A stretch of 64,000 nucleotides of DNA from Malacoraja senta (Eukaryota): positions 15,128,001 to 15,192,000 of the forward strand of contig CM075980.1 in the NCBI GenBank assembly GCA_038087875.1. Reading direction: 5' to 3'. The notes under the pieces are model-generated. The model was not told the DNA's origin. It made no database searches and saw only the letters and a program-made list of their open reading frames with translations. How positions within the stretch are numbered: position 1 is the first letter of the stretch; each line of letters begins with the position of its first letter. Of the stretch, positions 12,506 through 25,377 are shown one piece after another. Both the position numbers and the translations under genes were made by a program.

Positions 12506-12768
12506 GGTGGCGCAGCGGTAGAGTTGCTGTCTTACAGCGCCAGAGACTGGGGTTCGATCCTGACTACGGGTACTTTCTGTACGGAGTTTGTATGTTCTCC
12601 CTGTGACTGCGTGGGTTTTCTCCAAGATCTTCAGGTTTCCTCCCACACTCCAAATATGTACAGGTATGTAGGTAAATTGGCTTGGTATCGGGGGTCGCTG
12701 GTTGGTGCGGACGCGGTGGGCCGAAGGGCCTGTTTCCGCGCTGTATCTCTAAACTAAACTCAACTAAA
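12506..12768 (+). mobile_element. tRNA-derived SINE (HE1-like), best-preserved copy
   Basis: Pol III A box TGGCGCAGCGG, B box GGTTCGATCC (12551-12560), (CTAAA)n tail. Confidence 0.85.
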
Positions 12769-13567
12769 CAGGACGGCTTCTTGCAGGATTCATCGCTTTT
12801 AATACAAATAAGATGCTGTCACTCGTGATTACACAAGACGCATCTTTTTTTTTCTTGATTTGTAGAGCTTTCTACCTCTGCACTGTTTGGTCACGGTGAT
12901 GTTAGTGTGTACAATGTGTGGACAATACATTGTGGGCATCAACAACTTTCAACATGTTTAATGTCTTTTAATGTGGCAAAATAGCCAAGGTACAGTACAT
13001 GGGTAATTGAAAAAACTGATAAACTCCAGAAGGAGATATCAGAACATAGGACATAAGGTATGGCAAAAGTGGTAGATTTTAGAATGGGGAAAGTAGTGGA
13101 GAATGTTTGGGATGAAATTCCAGAGCTGGTGCTAAACACCAATGATGGAGCAATCAAAGTCAGAGATGTGGAGTGGTCAGAATTAGAACGTAGATATCTG
13201 ACAGTTTAAAGGCCCGTGGAGATTGTGGAGATAGAAGTTGAGATTGTGGAGAATTTAAAATAAGGAATTCAAGTTTTACAATCAAGGCACTGCTTAAACA
13301 AGGGCCAGTAAAGATCAACGAGCATGGGGAATGAATGGGACACAGACAGCATAGAGCGAAGAAGACACATTGGAATAGTCAGATCTGGACTTGAGGTAAA
13401 AGGTTCCACCACCCACAGAGCCTGTGGTGAGGCTGGAGTTGAGTGATGTTGAAGTTATGGCCTCACTGTGTGAAGGATAAGAGGGTTAAAACTTGATGCA
13501 AAATCAAGATATACTAATGCTTGCAGTCTGGTTCAGTTTTGCATAGATACCAAGAAGAGCAGAAATA

Positions 13568-13690
13568 AGGGTCTCGCCCCGAAACATCACCCATTCCTTC
13601 TCTCCAGAGATGCTGCCTATCCCGCTGAGTTACTCCAGCATTTTCTGTCTATCTTTGGTTTAAACCAGCATCTGCAGTTCCTTCTTACAC
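13568..13690 (+). mobile_element. Short Penelope-derived repeat with a ~12-bp TSD (AGAGCAG/AAAATA); duplicated near 23410
   Basis: Flanks 13556-13567 and 13691-13702 differ at one base. Confidence 0.75.
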
Positions 13691-14220
13691 AGAGCAAAAA
13701 TATTATTGGATAGATGACAGAATATGTGATGGGCACCGAAGACAATGACGTCAGTCTTTTCAATGTTTAGTTGGAGGACGTGTTTGCTTATTTCTGTCCT
13801 GTCCACAATGTCACCAAGTAATCCGACAAGATGGAAGGGTTATGGTGAGATCAAGCTGTTATGCTCCCAGTGTACATGTGGATATTGATGCAGATGGATG
13901 AGGTGGAGAGATGGAGCGAAACCTCAGAGAGACATAAAGGAGCAGGTGCAGGAAGAAAAATCCACTCCTGTAGATTATTTGGCAATGACTGAGTGAATGC
14001 AATTCACCCGGATGAATGATGGAAGAGAATTGTCAGGGCAGGATGGTGTGGTTGGCTTTGGCAAAGACTGCAGACAGGTTGAGAATGATGAGGAGGGATA
14101 GTTTACATTTGTCACTGTTGCATTGTGAAGAATCCCGATAGATCAGAGCGATTTCTCCCAAATGCTATTGCATTTTCTCTCTCTCTTTCTGAACACTGGT
14201 GCCCTTCCTCTTTCACACAG

Positions 14221-14301
14221 GCGATAAAGAACCAGCAAAAAGCTGTCATAATCAGCGAGCGAATCCTTGGCTTTGATCATCCCAATACAATTCGTGAATA
14301 T
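14221..14301 (+). CDS. CLUH: CLUH-like coding exon, TPR (AIKNQQKAVIISERILGFDHPNTIREY), copy 1
   Basis: Matches [24 protein letters not shown]; 81 nt, intact. Confidence 0.94.
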
Positions 14302-15194
14302 GTGAGTTATCATTTCATTCGCTCTTCATTTGAAACATGTTGGATTATATGTTTACATGCACACTGTTCTTATTCAACTGTCATTATTTACACAAACCCA
14401 GACGTTCTTCCTGATATTGTCAATGTGGAACCGCAGTGTAGTAAACATGCACACCTGCATGCAGTAGAAAGTGAACGATAACTGTGGGCTCTTCTTTGCC
14501 TGCAAACTGGGGAAGCTGAGGCCCGTAGTAATGTCATGCTTGCACACGTTGCTGAAGCTGGTTAACACTATGCAACAAAGCTCCCATGTAGTAAAGACCA
14601 GGAATGGAATGTGAGAGCCTTGTCATATAATGCGATTGGGTGTGCGATTATCTAAGATTATTGTCTCTGGTGAAATTGCTGGAAATGTGGACATGTCAGT
14701 TGTGTTTCTCCATGCATTTAATTTTTGTCCATAAATCCCTTTAGGAATGCACACTAAAGGGCCAATCAGATATGTAGCTGGTATCACTGTCGGTGGCTGT
14801 TATTTGCCCGTCTCTGCAGTAACTCTGACATAGAGGCAAGCAGCGCCTGTGGTTGATCATGTTTCATAATGTAAATAACTGGAAAGAAACATTTAATTAT
14901 TACACACTGCTCCATTATTACCCATGCTACTGCCGAGCCTTTTCATCGCTCACTCTATAATTAAACTCTTGTCCAGTATCCTTCCTTTGACCAGTGCATC
15001 ACTTTGTCTTTGGTGTAGCTTTACAGAGCAGTTTGTTGCTGTGGATTTGAAAAGAAAGGATGCTGGTTCTCTGCTGAATGGAATTATTTCATTTCTCCTT
15101 CAGATAGAGAAGGAGACCATTTGGCCCTTTGAGTCTTTGTTGGCTATCAGATGTATCCTGTCGATCCTATTCTCCCAGTTACTTCCCTGTATCA

Positions 15195-15202
<8 letters not shown>

Positions 15203-15256
<54 letters not shown>
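15203..15256. repeat. (TC)n microsatellite; longer allele at ~25042-25106
   Basis: Direct reading. Confidence 0.95.
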
Positions 15257-15257
<1 letters not shown>

Positions 15258-15401
15258 AGTCCATCAGCTTTCTACTGATTCTCTCACCACCCACCTGTGT
15301 GGTGGCAATGCCTGGGTACCGATCAATGCCCAGCACCCAGGTAGCGATGCCCTGGGACGCGACTGTTCCGAGCACTGCATTATCCTGTTCTACCTCCACA
15401 G

Positions 15402-15527
15402 GTCAGGCTGGGTCTCTACTGCTTTGCCAACAATCAGAATGCAACAGCACTGAGGCTGCTGTACCGTGCCCAGCAACTGATGCTGACTGTCTGTGGAGAG
15501 GACCACCCTGAAGTAGCTGTTCTTGAT
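15402..15527 (+). CDS. CLUH: CLUH-like coding exon, TPR (VRLGLYCFANNQNATALRLLYRAQQLMLTVCGEDHPEVAVLD), copy 1
   Basis: Matches LALYCFA...[24 protein letters not shown]. Confidence 0.94.
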
Positions 15528-16850
15528 GTAAGTGTCGAATGGCAGAATCTCTTTTGGGCAGAAGAGGGTTTAATGCCATCATTAACTGTGTGGATGGAAG
15601 GAAGTAGGGAGATCCGTGTTAAAAACTCTTTCCAGGTGGTATTCATTTGGGGTTGGATAAGAGTCGCCGACCTTATGAACTTCATGATTGGAAGGTAGTG
15701 TAAATTACATTTAATTAGCACCTCTACTGCAGAAGTTCATAAGCAGTTCTGTGGCGCTCCATGGTGGTGGAAGGAGTTGTTGTTAATGTTAAATTAGAGC
15801 TAATTGGGACTGTGAAACTAGCATAATCTAAAGAGTTACCTTTAGGGGCCATCTCAAAATAGGAGAATGAGGCAGAAAGATTCATGAAAGAATTACATAA
15901 TTGATAGCCCACATACTAATGATGACTAGGTGGTTGTTGAAAGGTGTGGTGCATTGAAGAGCAGAATAAGGTGGAATTCACCAAGCTAGGCAAAAGTGGG
16001 GTCATGAGAGAGTGTACCAAGTTATTAAACTGGGATCATCCACGGTAGTGGAGGGAAATAGAATTGGAAGCTCGAGATGGGATGAATAAGAGTTTTGCCA
16101 GAACGTGTTCTGAGACAGTGGCACAAACAGCCATTGTTACAAAAGTAAAGGCAAATGCTGTTTATAATGGAGAGGCAATGACTTTGAAATTCAGTCTGGA
16201 ATCGGATAGGATAGCAAATTTCAACCCAGAATGTGGCCAAGGACTGAATAGAGCTGGAAACATAAATTGCAATATGTGATTGGCCAAAGATTGTCTAATG
16301 TGTAACTGGAGAGAATTGTGGCTCCCTCAAATTGGCTTCATATATTTAAGTTGAATGCTGTGACTGTACTTTTCTAACCTGATGCCGATGTTACAGAGGG
16401 ATTATTCTGCTTGTGGTATTATTGCTCAATTTAATAATCTCCTGAATAACCTATGTTACTCCACTGACTTTCATCCACAACTATTGCACATTGTTTTGCA
16501 AGCAGGGACACATAAAGCTCCAATAATTCTAATGGAACATTCACCCCTTCCCTTTCCCCGTGCAAGGGTGGATGATGAGCCTGCATTCACCATTTGGGTA
16601 ACCAGGGATGAGAGTGGAAGTTATATGCGTTGGACTGCTTCTACCATGCATGTTTCCAGTTATTCAACCTGCAGATCACACTGGAGCTTCCCTGCATCTT
16701 CCCAACACACACCCCTACACAACATCACCTTTAATGGTGCTGAAGGAGAGTGCGTCAACACAGATGCTCAATTATTGTAAAGTGGAGAGTCTAGCAGGCT
16801 GGACTTAATCTGATTATTGTAAAATTCACTTTGTTTCCATGTTCCTACAG

Positions 16851-16972
16851 ATTAACATCGGTCTTGTGCTCCAAGCTGCACTGGATTATGACCTTGCAAT
16901 TCGATTTTTGCAGAAAGGTCTGGAATTAAACTCCAAATATTCTGGACCCCAGGCGCTACAGACTGCCCTTAG
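16851..16972 (+). CDS. CLUH: CLUH-like coding exon, TPR (INIGLVLQAALDYDLAIRFLQKGLELNSKYSGPQALQTAL), copy 1
   Basis: Matches [20 protein letters not shown]. Confidence 0.93.
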
Positions 16973-17474
16973 GTAGGGTTGAAGATAAATTTAGCACAAA
17001 AATTCTATGGGATTAATTTACCTGCAAACCCACATTTCCTTATCAACTTTCTGGGGTGGCGTGCACAGTGGAGGCCGTCCAGAAGAGATTCCCCAGGCGA
17101 ATCTCAGTGATGATTAGGTTTTCTTATCATGAGAGGTTCAAGAATTTGAATCTGTTTTATTTGGAGCTTGGAATAACGAGGGGTGAGCTTCGTGAAACAG
17201 ACAATTTCCGTAGAGGGCAAGATAGGTCGACACTGAGATATTTCTACGTGAGAGAATCACGAAAGGGGGAATGTCGTTGTAAAATAAGGGAACAGTCAAT
17301 AAAAACCAAGGTGGAATTTTCTTATGGTGATGGTGGTGGACCTGTGAAATTCTCCAATGGTGGGAGCCAGATATCAGAGGTATTTAAAGTGGAAGTGGGT
17401 GGACACAAGAGACTGCAGATTTTGGGATGTGGAACAAAGAACAATCTGCTGTAGGACAAAATGTTTACGAATGA

Positions 17475-18570
17475 ACTGCAGATGCTGGAAAAATCGAAGG
17501 TAGACAAAAATGGTGGAGAAACTCGGCTGGTGAGGCAGCATCTATGGAGTGAAGGAATAGGTGACGTTTCGGGTCAAGACCCTTCTTTAGACTGATGTGG
17601 GGGGGGGGGGGAAGAAGAAAGGAAGGGGCGGAGGCTGTGGGAGAGCTGGGAAGAGGAGGGGAAGGAGGGAGAAAGCAAGGACTACCTGAAATTAGAGAAG
17701 TCAATGGTCATACCACTGGGGTGTAAACTACCCAAGCGAAATATGAGGTACTGCTCCTTCAATTTGCGGTGGAACTCACTCTGGCCATGGAGGAGGCCCA
17801 GGACAGAAAGGTCGGATACGGAATGGGAGGGGGAGTTGAAGTGCTGAGTCGCCGGGAGATCGGGTTCGTTAATGCGAACTGTGCGGAGGTGTTGGGTGAA
17901 GCGATCGCCAAGTCTGCGTTGGTCTCACCGATGTAGAGCAGTTGACACCTAGAGCAGCGGATGCAATAGATGAGGTTGGAGGAGGTGCAGGTGAACCTCT
18001 GTCTCACCAGGAAAGACTGCTTGGGTCCTTGGATGGAGTCGAGGGGGGAGGTAGAGCGACAAGTGTAGCATTTCCTACGGTTGCAAGGGAAAGTACCAGG
18101 GGAGGGGGTGGTTTGGGTGGGAAAGGACGAATTGACCAGGGAGTTGCGGAGGGAGCGGTCTCTGCGGAAAGCAGACAGGGGAGGAGATGGAAAGATGTGG
18201 CCAGTGGTGGGATCCTGTTGGAGGTGGCGAAAATGTCGGAGGATTATCTGTTGTATGTGGCGGCTGATAGGGTGGAAGGTGAGGACAAGGGGGACTCTGC
18301 CCTTGTTACGAGTGGGGGGATGGGGAATGAGAGCGGGGCTACGGGATATAGAAGAGACCCTGGTGAGAGCCCCATCTAAAGTTGAAGAGGGGAAGCCCCG
18401 TTCCCTAAAGAATGAGGACATCTCCGATGCCCTGGTTTGGAACACCTCATCCTGGGTGCAGATGCGGCGTAGACGGAGGAATTGGGAGTCGGGGATAGAG
18501 TCCTTACAGGAAGCAGGTTGGGTAGAAGTGTAGTCCAGATAGCCATGGGAGTCAGTGGGTTTGTTGAACT
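17475..18570 (-). mobile_element. Penelope-like retroelement 3' fragment (RT C-terminus/linker plus GIY-YIG endonuclease, frameshifted); duplicated at ~27325-28420
   Basis: ORF 17759..18445 contains PLVLTFHP, C..C linker and NLIYCIRCSRCQLLYIGET; a 1-bp deletion follows YIGET. Confidence 0.88.
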
Positions 18571-19455
18571 CAGCAGGTCAATCAGTGTCATTTGTTGGGG
18601 GGGGGGGGGGGGGGGAATTGTCAATATTCCGGGCAATGCATGGGTTTCGACCCAAGATATCATCAATTCCTTTCCTTTACCCACTGAGTTCTTTCAGTAG
18701 TTTGTTTGGTGAATACTGGTGTAGGCCATGTTAATATACGTGCAAGGACTTGATGGCTTGTACTTTGAAGTCAGAATTTACACACATTTGCAAATACCCT
18801 GAGACAATGCCCCAGCAGGTCTGAGTGGAAGGATCCATCTTTGGGAATTATGGCCAAGAACAATCCTTTGGTTATTGTCAGTCTTAAAAAAATCAGGAAA
18901 ACCAGAACAAAAGGTAGCAATTTGATAGCTGAGAGCGTGAGGTTTATCGCAATTGCCCTAAATAACTCTATCCCATTAACATTCTTTTGTTTGAAAACCA
19001 CAAAACACAGACCATGTTTCAAGTTGTAGGTAATTGCCGTGCTTGTGTGGGCCAGACTTGGAAAGTGATTTTATGCAGCTTTGTCCTGTCTCTTGCTGAA
19101 GATGGTGGCTCGACTTCTATGGTCTCATTGTGATGAGTTTGATTGATTCCCTCCCATCTCTTTTGCATAAAAATTCATTTAAAGCATTTTGTTTAATACA
19201 AAACAGAAGCCAGCTTCTCAACTTTAGTGGTGATTCTGAAAGTTCAACCACATATAAGATAACTAAGTACTGAACCTATTTTGAAATTGCTTCGTCATTA
19301 AATGACCACAATAACCTCTAGTTGGAGGGCTGATCGTGTGGTGCAAATGCATTGATTACTTGTGGGAATTTGGATCTAAACCTTTGCGTCTACAAATAGA
19401 AGCTATGATTTGAATGTGCTTGTGTCTAATTACTTTTTGTTTGAAAACCACACAG

Positions 19456-19549
19456 TTATCATCTCCTGGCCCAAGTCAACGCCAGCAAGGCTGACTTCCG
19501 AGCAGCTATGCAGCACGAGAAGCAGGCCTACATCATCTACAGGGATCGG
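19456..19549 (+). CDS. CLUH: CLUH-like coding exon (YHLLAQVNASKADFRAAMQHEKQAYIIYRDR), copy 1
   Basis: Matches [28 protein letters not shown]. Confidence 0.93.
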
Positions 19550-20079
19550 GTTAGTTATTCCAAAATGTTTTCTCTGTGTTGTAGTCCGGTGGCATTTAAG
19601 TCAACCTCTGAAAGTTACCTTGGCCGATTGCACTCAGTGGAATATAAGGCGAGGGTGCACACTACATGTTGCTGAATCAACTCCAATTTTCTGTCACAGC
19701 AAGTAACGCATTCTGCAATAAGTGAAGATTTCCCACGTTACAAAGCAACTTATGTTGTCAAATATGATGTTAAATAGGTGCCATCATCTATTCTTATTAC
19801 TTGTATATACTACAGGATATGACTCAATTGTGTTTTTTTCTGTCCACACTACCTTAACCCATTCTTTCACAGAGGGGCAGTTTGTGATGCAGACAGGAAC
19901 ACGTATTTTGACGTATACTGCATTTAATAGAAATAGACATTTGGTCCAAAATAAGTCCTCCCCTTTACATATCACCAGCATTCTGTACTGCCAATTGACA
20001 ATCTTGGAAAACCCCAAAACACTGAATATTTGGAAATATGGCAAAATTAATTCATTTGGATTTTTATTTTCAAAAATAG

Positions 20080-20214
20080 CTTGGGGAGACGCACCTTAAA
20101 ACGAAAGGAAGTTCTGAGTTCCTGAAGCATTTTACTCAGCAGGCAGTTAATCTCCAGAGAACCATGAATGAAATTTACAAGAATGGATCAAATGCTAATC
20201 TTTCTCCAGTACAG
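20080..20214 (+). CDS. CLUH: CLUH-like coding exon ([45 protein letters not shown]), copy 1
   Basis: Matches [37 protein letters not shown]. Confidence 0.94.
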
Positions 20215-20264
20215 GTTGGTGCCCCTTATTAACCTACCTTGCCTTTTGTTCCAGTGTAAAATTT

Positions 20265-20700
20265 CCTTGCCTGGATTAGAGGGTTTCAACTACAGGGAGA
20301 GGGATAGACTTGGATTGTTTCTCTGGAACATCAGAGGTTGAGGGGAGACTTGATAGAGGTATATACAATTATGAAAAGCATAGGTATGATAGAAGTCAGA
20401 ACCTTTTTTCCCCAGGGTGAAAATGTTCAGTACTAGATGGTATAGCTGTAAGGTGAGAGGGATGGTTTATGGAGCTGCGTGGGGCAAGTTATTTTACACG
20501 GATGGTGGTGGGGTCTGGAACACCTTGCCAGGGATGGTGGTGGAGGCAGATATGATAGCTGCGTTTAAGAGACTTTTGGATAAGCACATGAAAGTGCAGG
20601 AACAGAAGGATATGGATCACATGCAGGTAGAAGAGATGTGTTTAGCTATGTTCAGCACAAACATTGTGGGCTGAAGGGCCAGTCGTTTGCTATATTGTTC
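20265..20700 (+). mobile_element. CR1-type LINE 3' fragment (degenerate); duplicated at ~30115-30550
   Basis: RL..LGLFSLE.RRLRGDL.EVY-like remnant, VWNTLPG.VVEA..I..FKRLLD.HM, and an HE1-like 3' tail. Confidence 0.75.
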
Positions 20701-20756
20701 CATGTTTCATAGACAAACAATCTGATTGGCTATGTTTGATATTGAATTTTTTCCAG

Positions 20757-20830
20757 ACCACATCCCTGAGTAAAAAAATGATGCTGGAACAGCTTAATAT
20801 AATCAATGGAATTGTTCTCATGGAAACGAG
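20757..20830 (+). CDS. CLUH: CLUH-like coding exon (TTSLSKKMMLEQLNIINGIVLMET), copy 1
   Basis: Matches LEQLNVINGI. Confidence 0.9.
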
Positions 20831-21154
20831 GTAGGCCTGCCTTTCATTTCCTATCTTCCCCTTGAGACTATGGTGCAATCTAAATTAATATTGTTTAGGG
20901 TTGAGAACTAATATCAGCGCAGGAGTATTCAAACATCATCAATCAACAACATGGCCAGAGCAATGAATAATTATATCAAGGAATGTAAATACTTGACCTT
21001 TCTAAGAAATGTATAATTTATGTCTAAATTGTGAGTGGTATTATGTCGTAAAAGCACTCGACTCCCTGATAATCCATCTGTCTAGAATGCTGCCAAACTG
21101 GATCCTACACAATTTTAAAAAGTCGATCGCAGTAAGGAAACGTTATAGTGCGTC

Positions 21155-21745
21155 GGATGGAACTGCAGATGCTGATTTACACCTTAGACACAAAATGCTG
21201 GAGTAACTCAGCAGGACAGGCAGCATCTCTAGATAGAATGGGTGATGTTTTGGGTCGAGACCAGACTGAGAGTCAGGAAGAGGGCACCACAGAGATAAGG
21301 AAGTGTAAGAGATCAAATGAGATGAAGAATAGATCATTGTTAGCTGGAAGATGACACAAAGCAGAGATAAAATGTAATCAAGGGGACAGTCAGACTGGTC
21401 AGAGAACTGGGAAGGGGGAGGGATGGAGAGAGAGGTAAAGCAAGGGTTATTTGATGTTAGATAAGTCAATATTCATACCACTGGGGTGTAAGCTGCCCAA
21501 GCGAAATATGAGGTGCTGTTCCTCCAGTTTGCACTGGGCCTCACTCTGGCAATGGAGGCCCAGGACAGAAAGGTCAATGTGGGAAAGGGAAGGGGGTTTA
21601 ACATTGAGCAACCGGGAAATCAGGTAGGTTTAGGCAAACTGAGTTGAGGTGTTCAGCGAAACGATCGGCGAGCCTGCGCTTGGTCTCGCTGATATACAGG
21701 AGTCCACACCTGGAACAGCGGATACAGTAGATGAGGTTGGAGGTC
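21155..21745 (-). mobile_element. Penelope-like GIY-YIG fragment with terminus; duplicated at ~31005-31596
   Basis: NLIYCIRCSRCGLLYISETKRRLADRFAEHL. Confidence 0.85.
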
Positions 21746-22572
21746 CGAAAGGTCAGTGTGCTGCATTTATGTCTCTGCTGTGCAGCAATGAAGATACTAC
21801 TGATTGGTCTTTCATTTCTAAGCAAAGGGGGGGGGGGGGGGGGGTGTCACCATGCCTTGCTCACAGTCACAGTTCTGTGAATCTTTTGGACATCTGGATT
21901 CATGACGTTGTGAGTGATCTTGTCTTCAGTTCTTTCATTGTCGGATATCCTGCCAACGTGCTTGAATAATGTTTTGTCTTTCAGTGAGTCAACTCAAGCT
22001 GAGTTGAAAAATAGCCATCGATGAGTAAAATATAGACTGGGAAAGCAATGACAAAGGGGGCAAAGAGGGCGAGCAGTTTTATGTGTGCTCAGGAGATGGT
22101 TCTTGATGGGGGTGGGGGAAGGAATGTCTAGCAAACAGTGATCATTTCATAGGGCGTAAAATAGAAAAAGGGTACGGACCACACCAAGGCAAGAATAACC
22201 AATTGGAGAAGGCCCAGGTAAATTGGAAATGACGTTTGGTAGACTAAACTAATTTTTAAAATGGGAGGAATTTAAAGTGAAGATGTTTTGCCCATTCTGT
22301 TAACGTTGCTCGTCCAGGAGGCAAATTAAACCATGGTGTTGGAAGAGGGTTGGATAAGATTCTGAAAGGAAATAATTTGTCGGGCTGCAGGGTAGGATGG
22401 ATATTGCATTGAGCTGCATTGTTCCTATGTGAAAGACAAATAATTACCGTACAATCTGATGGTATGAACATTGAAATCTCCAATGTTAGATAACTAAGCT
22501 ACAAACAACCCCTTTTCCCTCCTCCCACCATTTCCCATGTTCTTCAACGGCAATGATGAAGTGATTTTTTTT

Positions 22573-22772
22573 NNNNNNNNNNNNNNNNNNNNNNNNNNNN
22601 NNNNNNNNNNNNNNNNNNNNNNNNNNNNNNNNNNNNNNNNNNNNNNNNNNNNNNNNNNNNNNNNNNNNNNNNNNNNNNNNNNNNNNNNNNNNNNNNNNNN
22701 NNNNNNNNNNNNNNNNNNNNNNNNNNNNNNNNNNNNNNNNNNNNNNNNNNNNNNNNNNNNNNNNNNNNNNNN
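22573..22772. other. Assembly gap (200 N)
   Basis: Run of N. Confidence 1.
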
Positions 22773-24061
22773 GTGGGCATCAACAACTTTCAACATGTTT
22801 AATGTCTTTTAATGTGGCAAAATAGCCAAGGTACAGTACATGGGTAATTGAAAAAACTGATAAACTCCAGAAGGAGATATCAGAACATAGGACATAAGGT
22901 ATGGCAAAAGTGGTAGATTTTAGAATGGGGAAAGTAGTGGAGAATGTTTGGGATGAAATTCCAGAGCTGGTGCTAAACACCAATGATGGAGCAATCAAAG
23001 TCAGAGATGTGGAGTGGTCAGAATTAGAACGTAGATATCTGACAGTTTAAAGGCCCGTGGAGATTGTGGAGATAGAAGTTGAGATTGTGGAGAATTTAAA
23101 ATAAGGAATTCAAGTTTTACAATCAAGGCACTGCTTAAACAAGGGCCAGTAAAGATCAACGAGCATGGGGAATGAATGGGACACAGACAGCATAGAGCGA
23201 AGAAGACACATTGGAATAGTCAGATCTGGACTTGAGGTAAAAGGTTCCACCACCCACAGAGCCTGTGGTGAGGCTGGAGTTGAGTGATGTTGAAGTTATG
23301 GCCTCACTGTGTGAAGGATAAGAGGGTTAAAACTTGATGCAAAATCAAGATATACTAATGCTTGCAGTCTGGTTCAGTTTTGCATAGATACCAAGAAGAG
23401 CAGAAATAAGGGTCTCGCCCCGAAACATCACCCATTCCTTCTCTCCAGAGATGCTGCCTATCCCGCTGAGTTACTCCAGCATTTTCTGTCTATCTTTGGT
23501 TTAAACCAGCATCTGCAGTTCCTTCTTACACAGAGCAAAAATATTATTGGATAGATGACAGAATATGTGATGGGCACCGAAGACAATGACGTCAGTCTTT
23601 TCAATGTTTAGTTGGAGGACGTGTTTGCTTATTTCTGTCCTGTCCACAATGTCACCAAGTAATCCGACAAGATGGAAGGGTTATGGTGAGATCAAGCTGT
23701 TATGCTCCCAGTGTACATGTGGATATTGATGCAGATGGATGAGGTGGAGAGATGGAGCAAAACCTCAGAGAGACATAAAGGAGCAGGTGCAGGAAGAAAA
23801 ATCCACTCCTGTAGATTATTTGGCAATGACTGAGTGAATGCAATTCACCCGGATGAATGATGGAAGAGAATTGTCAGGGCAGGATGGTGTGGTTGGCTTT
23901 GGCAAAGACTGCAGACAGGTTGAGAATGATGAGGAGGGATAGTTTACATTTGTCACTGTTGCATTGTGAAGAATCCCGATAGATCAGAGCGATTTCTCCC
24001 AAATGCTATTGCATTTTCTCTCTCTCTTTCTGAACACTGGTGCCCTTCCTCTTTCACACAG

Positions 24062-24141
24062 GCGATAAAGAACCAGCAAAAAGCTGTCATAATCAGCGAG
24101 CGAATCCTTGGCTTTGATCATCCAATACAATTCGTGAATAT
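24062..24141 (+). pseudogene. Duplicate copy of CLUH-like exon 14221..14301 with a 1-bp deletion (80 nt, frameshift)
   Basis: GATCATCCAAT here versus GATCATCCCAAT in copy 1; lies in the duplicated block. Confidence 0.8.
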
Positions 24142-25034
24142 GTGAGTTATCATTTCATTCGCTCTTCATTTGAAACATGTTGGATTATATGTTTACATGC
24201 ACACTGTTCTTATTCAACTGTCATTATTTACACAAACCCAGACGTTCTTCCTGATATTGTCAATGTGGAACCGCAGTGTAGTAAACATGCACACCTGCAT
24301 GCAGTAGAAAGTGAACGATAACTGTGGGCTCTTCTTTGCCTGCAAACTGGGGAAGCTGAGGCCCGTAGTAATGTCATGCTTGCACACGTTGCTGAAGCTG
24401 GTTAACACTATGCAACAAAGCTCCCATGTAGTAAAGACCAGGAATGGAATGTGAGAGCCTTGTCATATAATGCGATTGGGTGTGCGATTATCTAAGATTA
24501 TTGTCTCTGGTGAAATTGCTGGAAATGTGGACATGTCAGTTGTGTTTCTCCATGCATTTAATTTTTGTCCATAAATCCCTTTAGGAATGCACACTAAAGG
24601 GCCAATCAGATATGTAGCTGGTATCACTGTCGGTGGCTGTTATTTGCCCGTCTCTGCAGTAACTCTGACATAGAGGCAAGCAGCGCCTGTGGTTGATCAT
24701 GTTTCATAATGTAAATAACTGGAAAGAAACATTTAATTATTACACACTGCTCCATTATTACCCATGCTACTGCCGAGCCTTTTCATCGCTCACTCTATAA
24801 TTAAACTCTTGTCCAGTTTCCTTCCTTTGACCAGTGCATCACTTTGTCTTTGGTGTAGCTTTGCAGAGCAGTTTGTTGCTGTGGATTTGAAAAGAAAGGA
24901 TGCTGGTTCTCTGCTGAATGGAATTATTTCATTTCTCCTTCAGATAGAGAAGGAGACCATTTGGCCCTTTGAGTCTTTGTTGGCTATCAGATGTATCCTG
25001 TCGATCCTATTCTCCCAGTTACTTCCCTGTATCA

Positions 25035-25107
<73 letters not shown>

Positions 25108-25251
25108 AGTCCATCAGCTTTCTACTGATTCTCTCACCACCCACCTGTGTGGTGGCAATGCCTGGGTACCGATCAATGCCCAGCACCCAGGTAGCGATGC
25201 CCTGGGACGCGACTGTTCCGAGCACTGCATTATCCTGTTCTACCTCCACAG

Positions 25252-25377
25252 GTCAGGCTGGGTCTCTACTGCTTTGCCAACAATCAGAATGCAACAGCAC
25301 TGAGGCTGCTGTACCGTGCCCAGCAACTGATGCTGACTGTCTGTGGAGAGGACCACCCTGAAGTAGCTGTTCTTGAT
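25252..25377 (+). CDS. CLUH: Duplicate copy of CLUH-like exon 15402..15527
   Basis: Same sequence as copy 1, inside the duplicated block (likely assembly artefact). Confidence 0.6.

Larger units (their letters stand above)
12932..22572 (+). repeat. Copy 1 of a ~9.6 kb near-identical duplication
   Basis: Sequence recurs at 22773..32422 with an offset of 9841-9851. Confidence 0.97.

Noticed and set aside
12506-12580. tRNA gene
   Set aside because: A and B boxes are present but continue into a SINE body and CTAAA tail; several decayed copies occur in the window.
14924-15511. ORFs containing SLSLSL or RERERE runs (also 24764..25361)
   Set aside because: Translation of a (TC)n microsatellite; the real exon (15402..15527) is in another frame.
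22494-22812. ORFs spanning poly-X
   Set aside because: Artefacts of the N gap.
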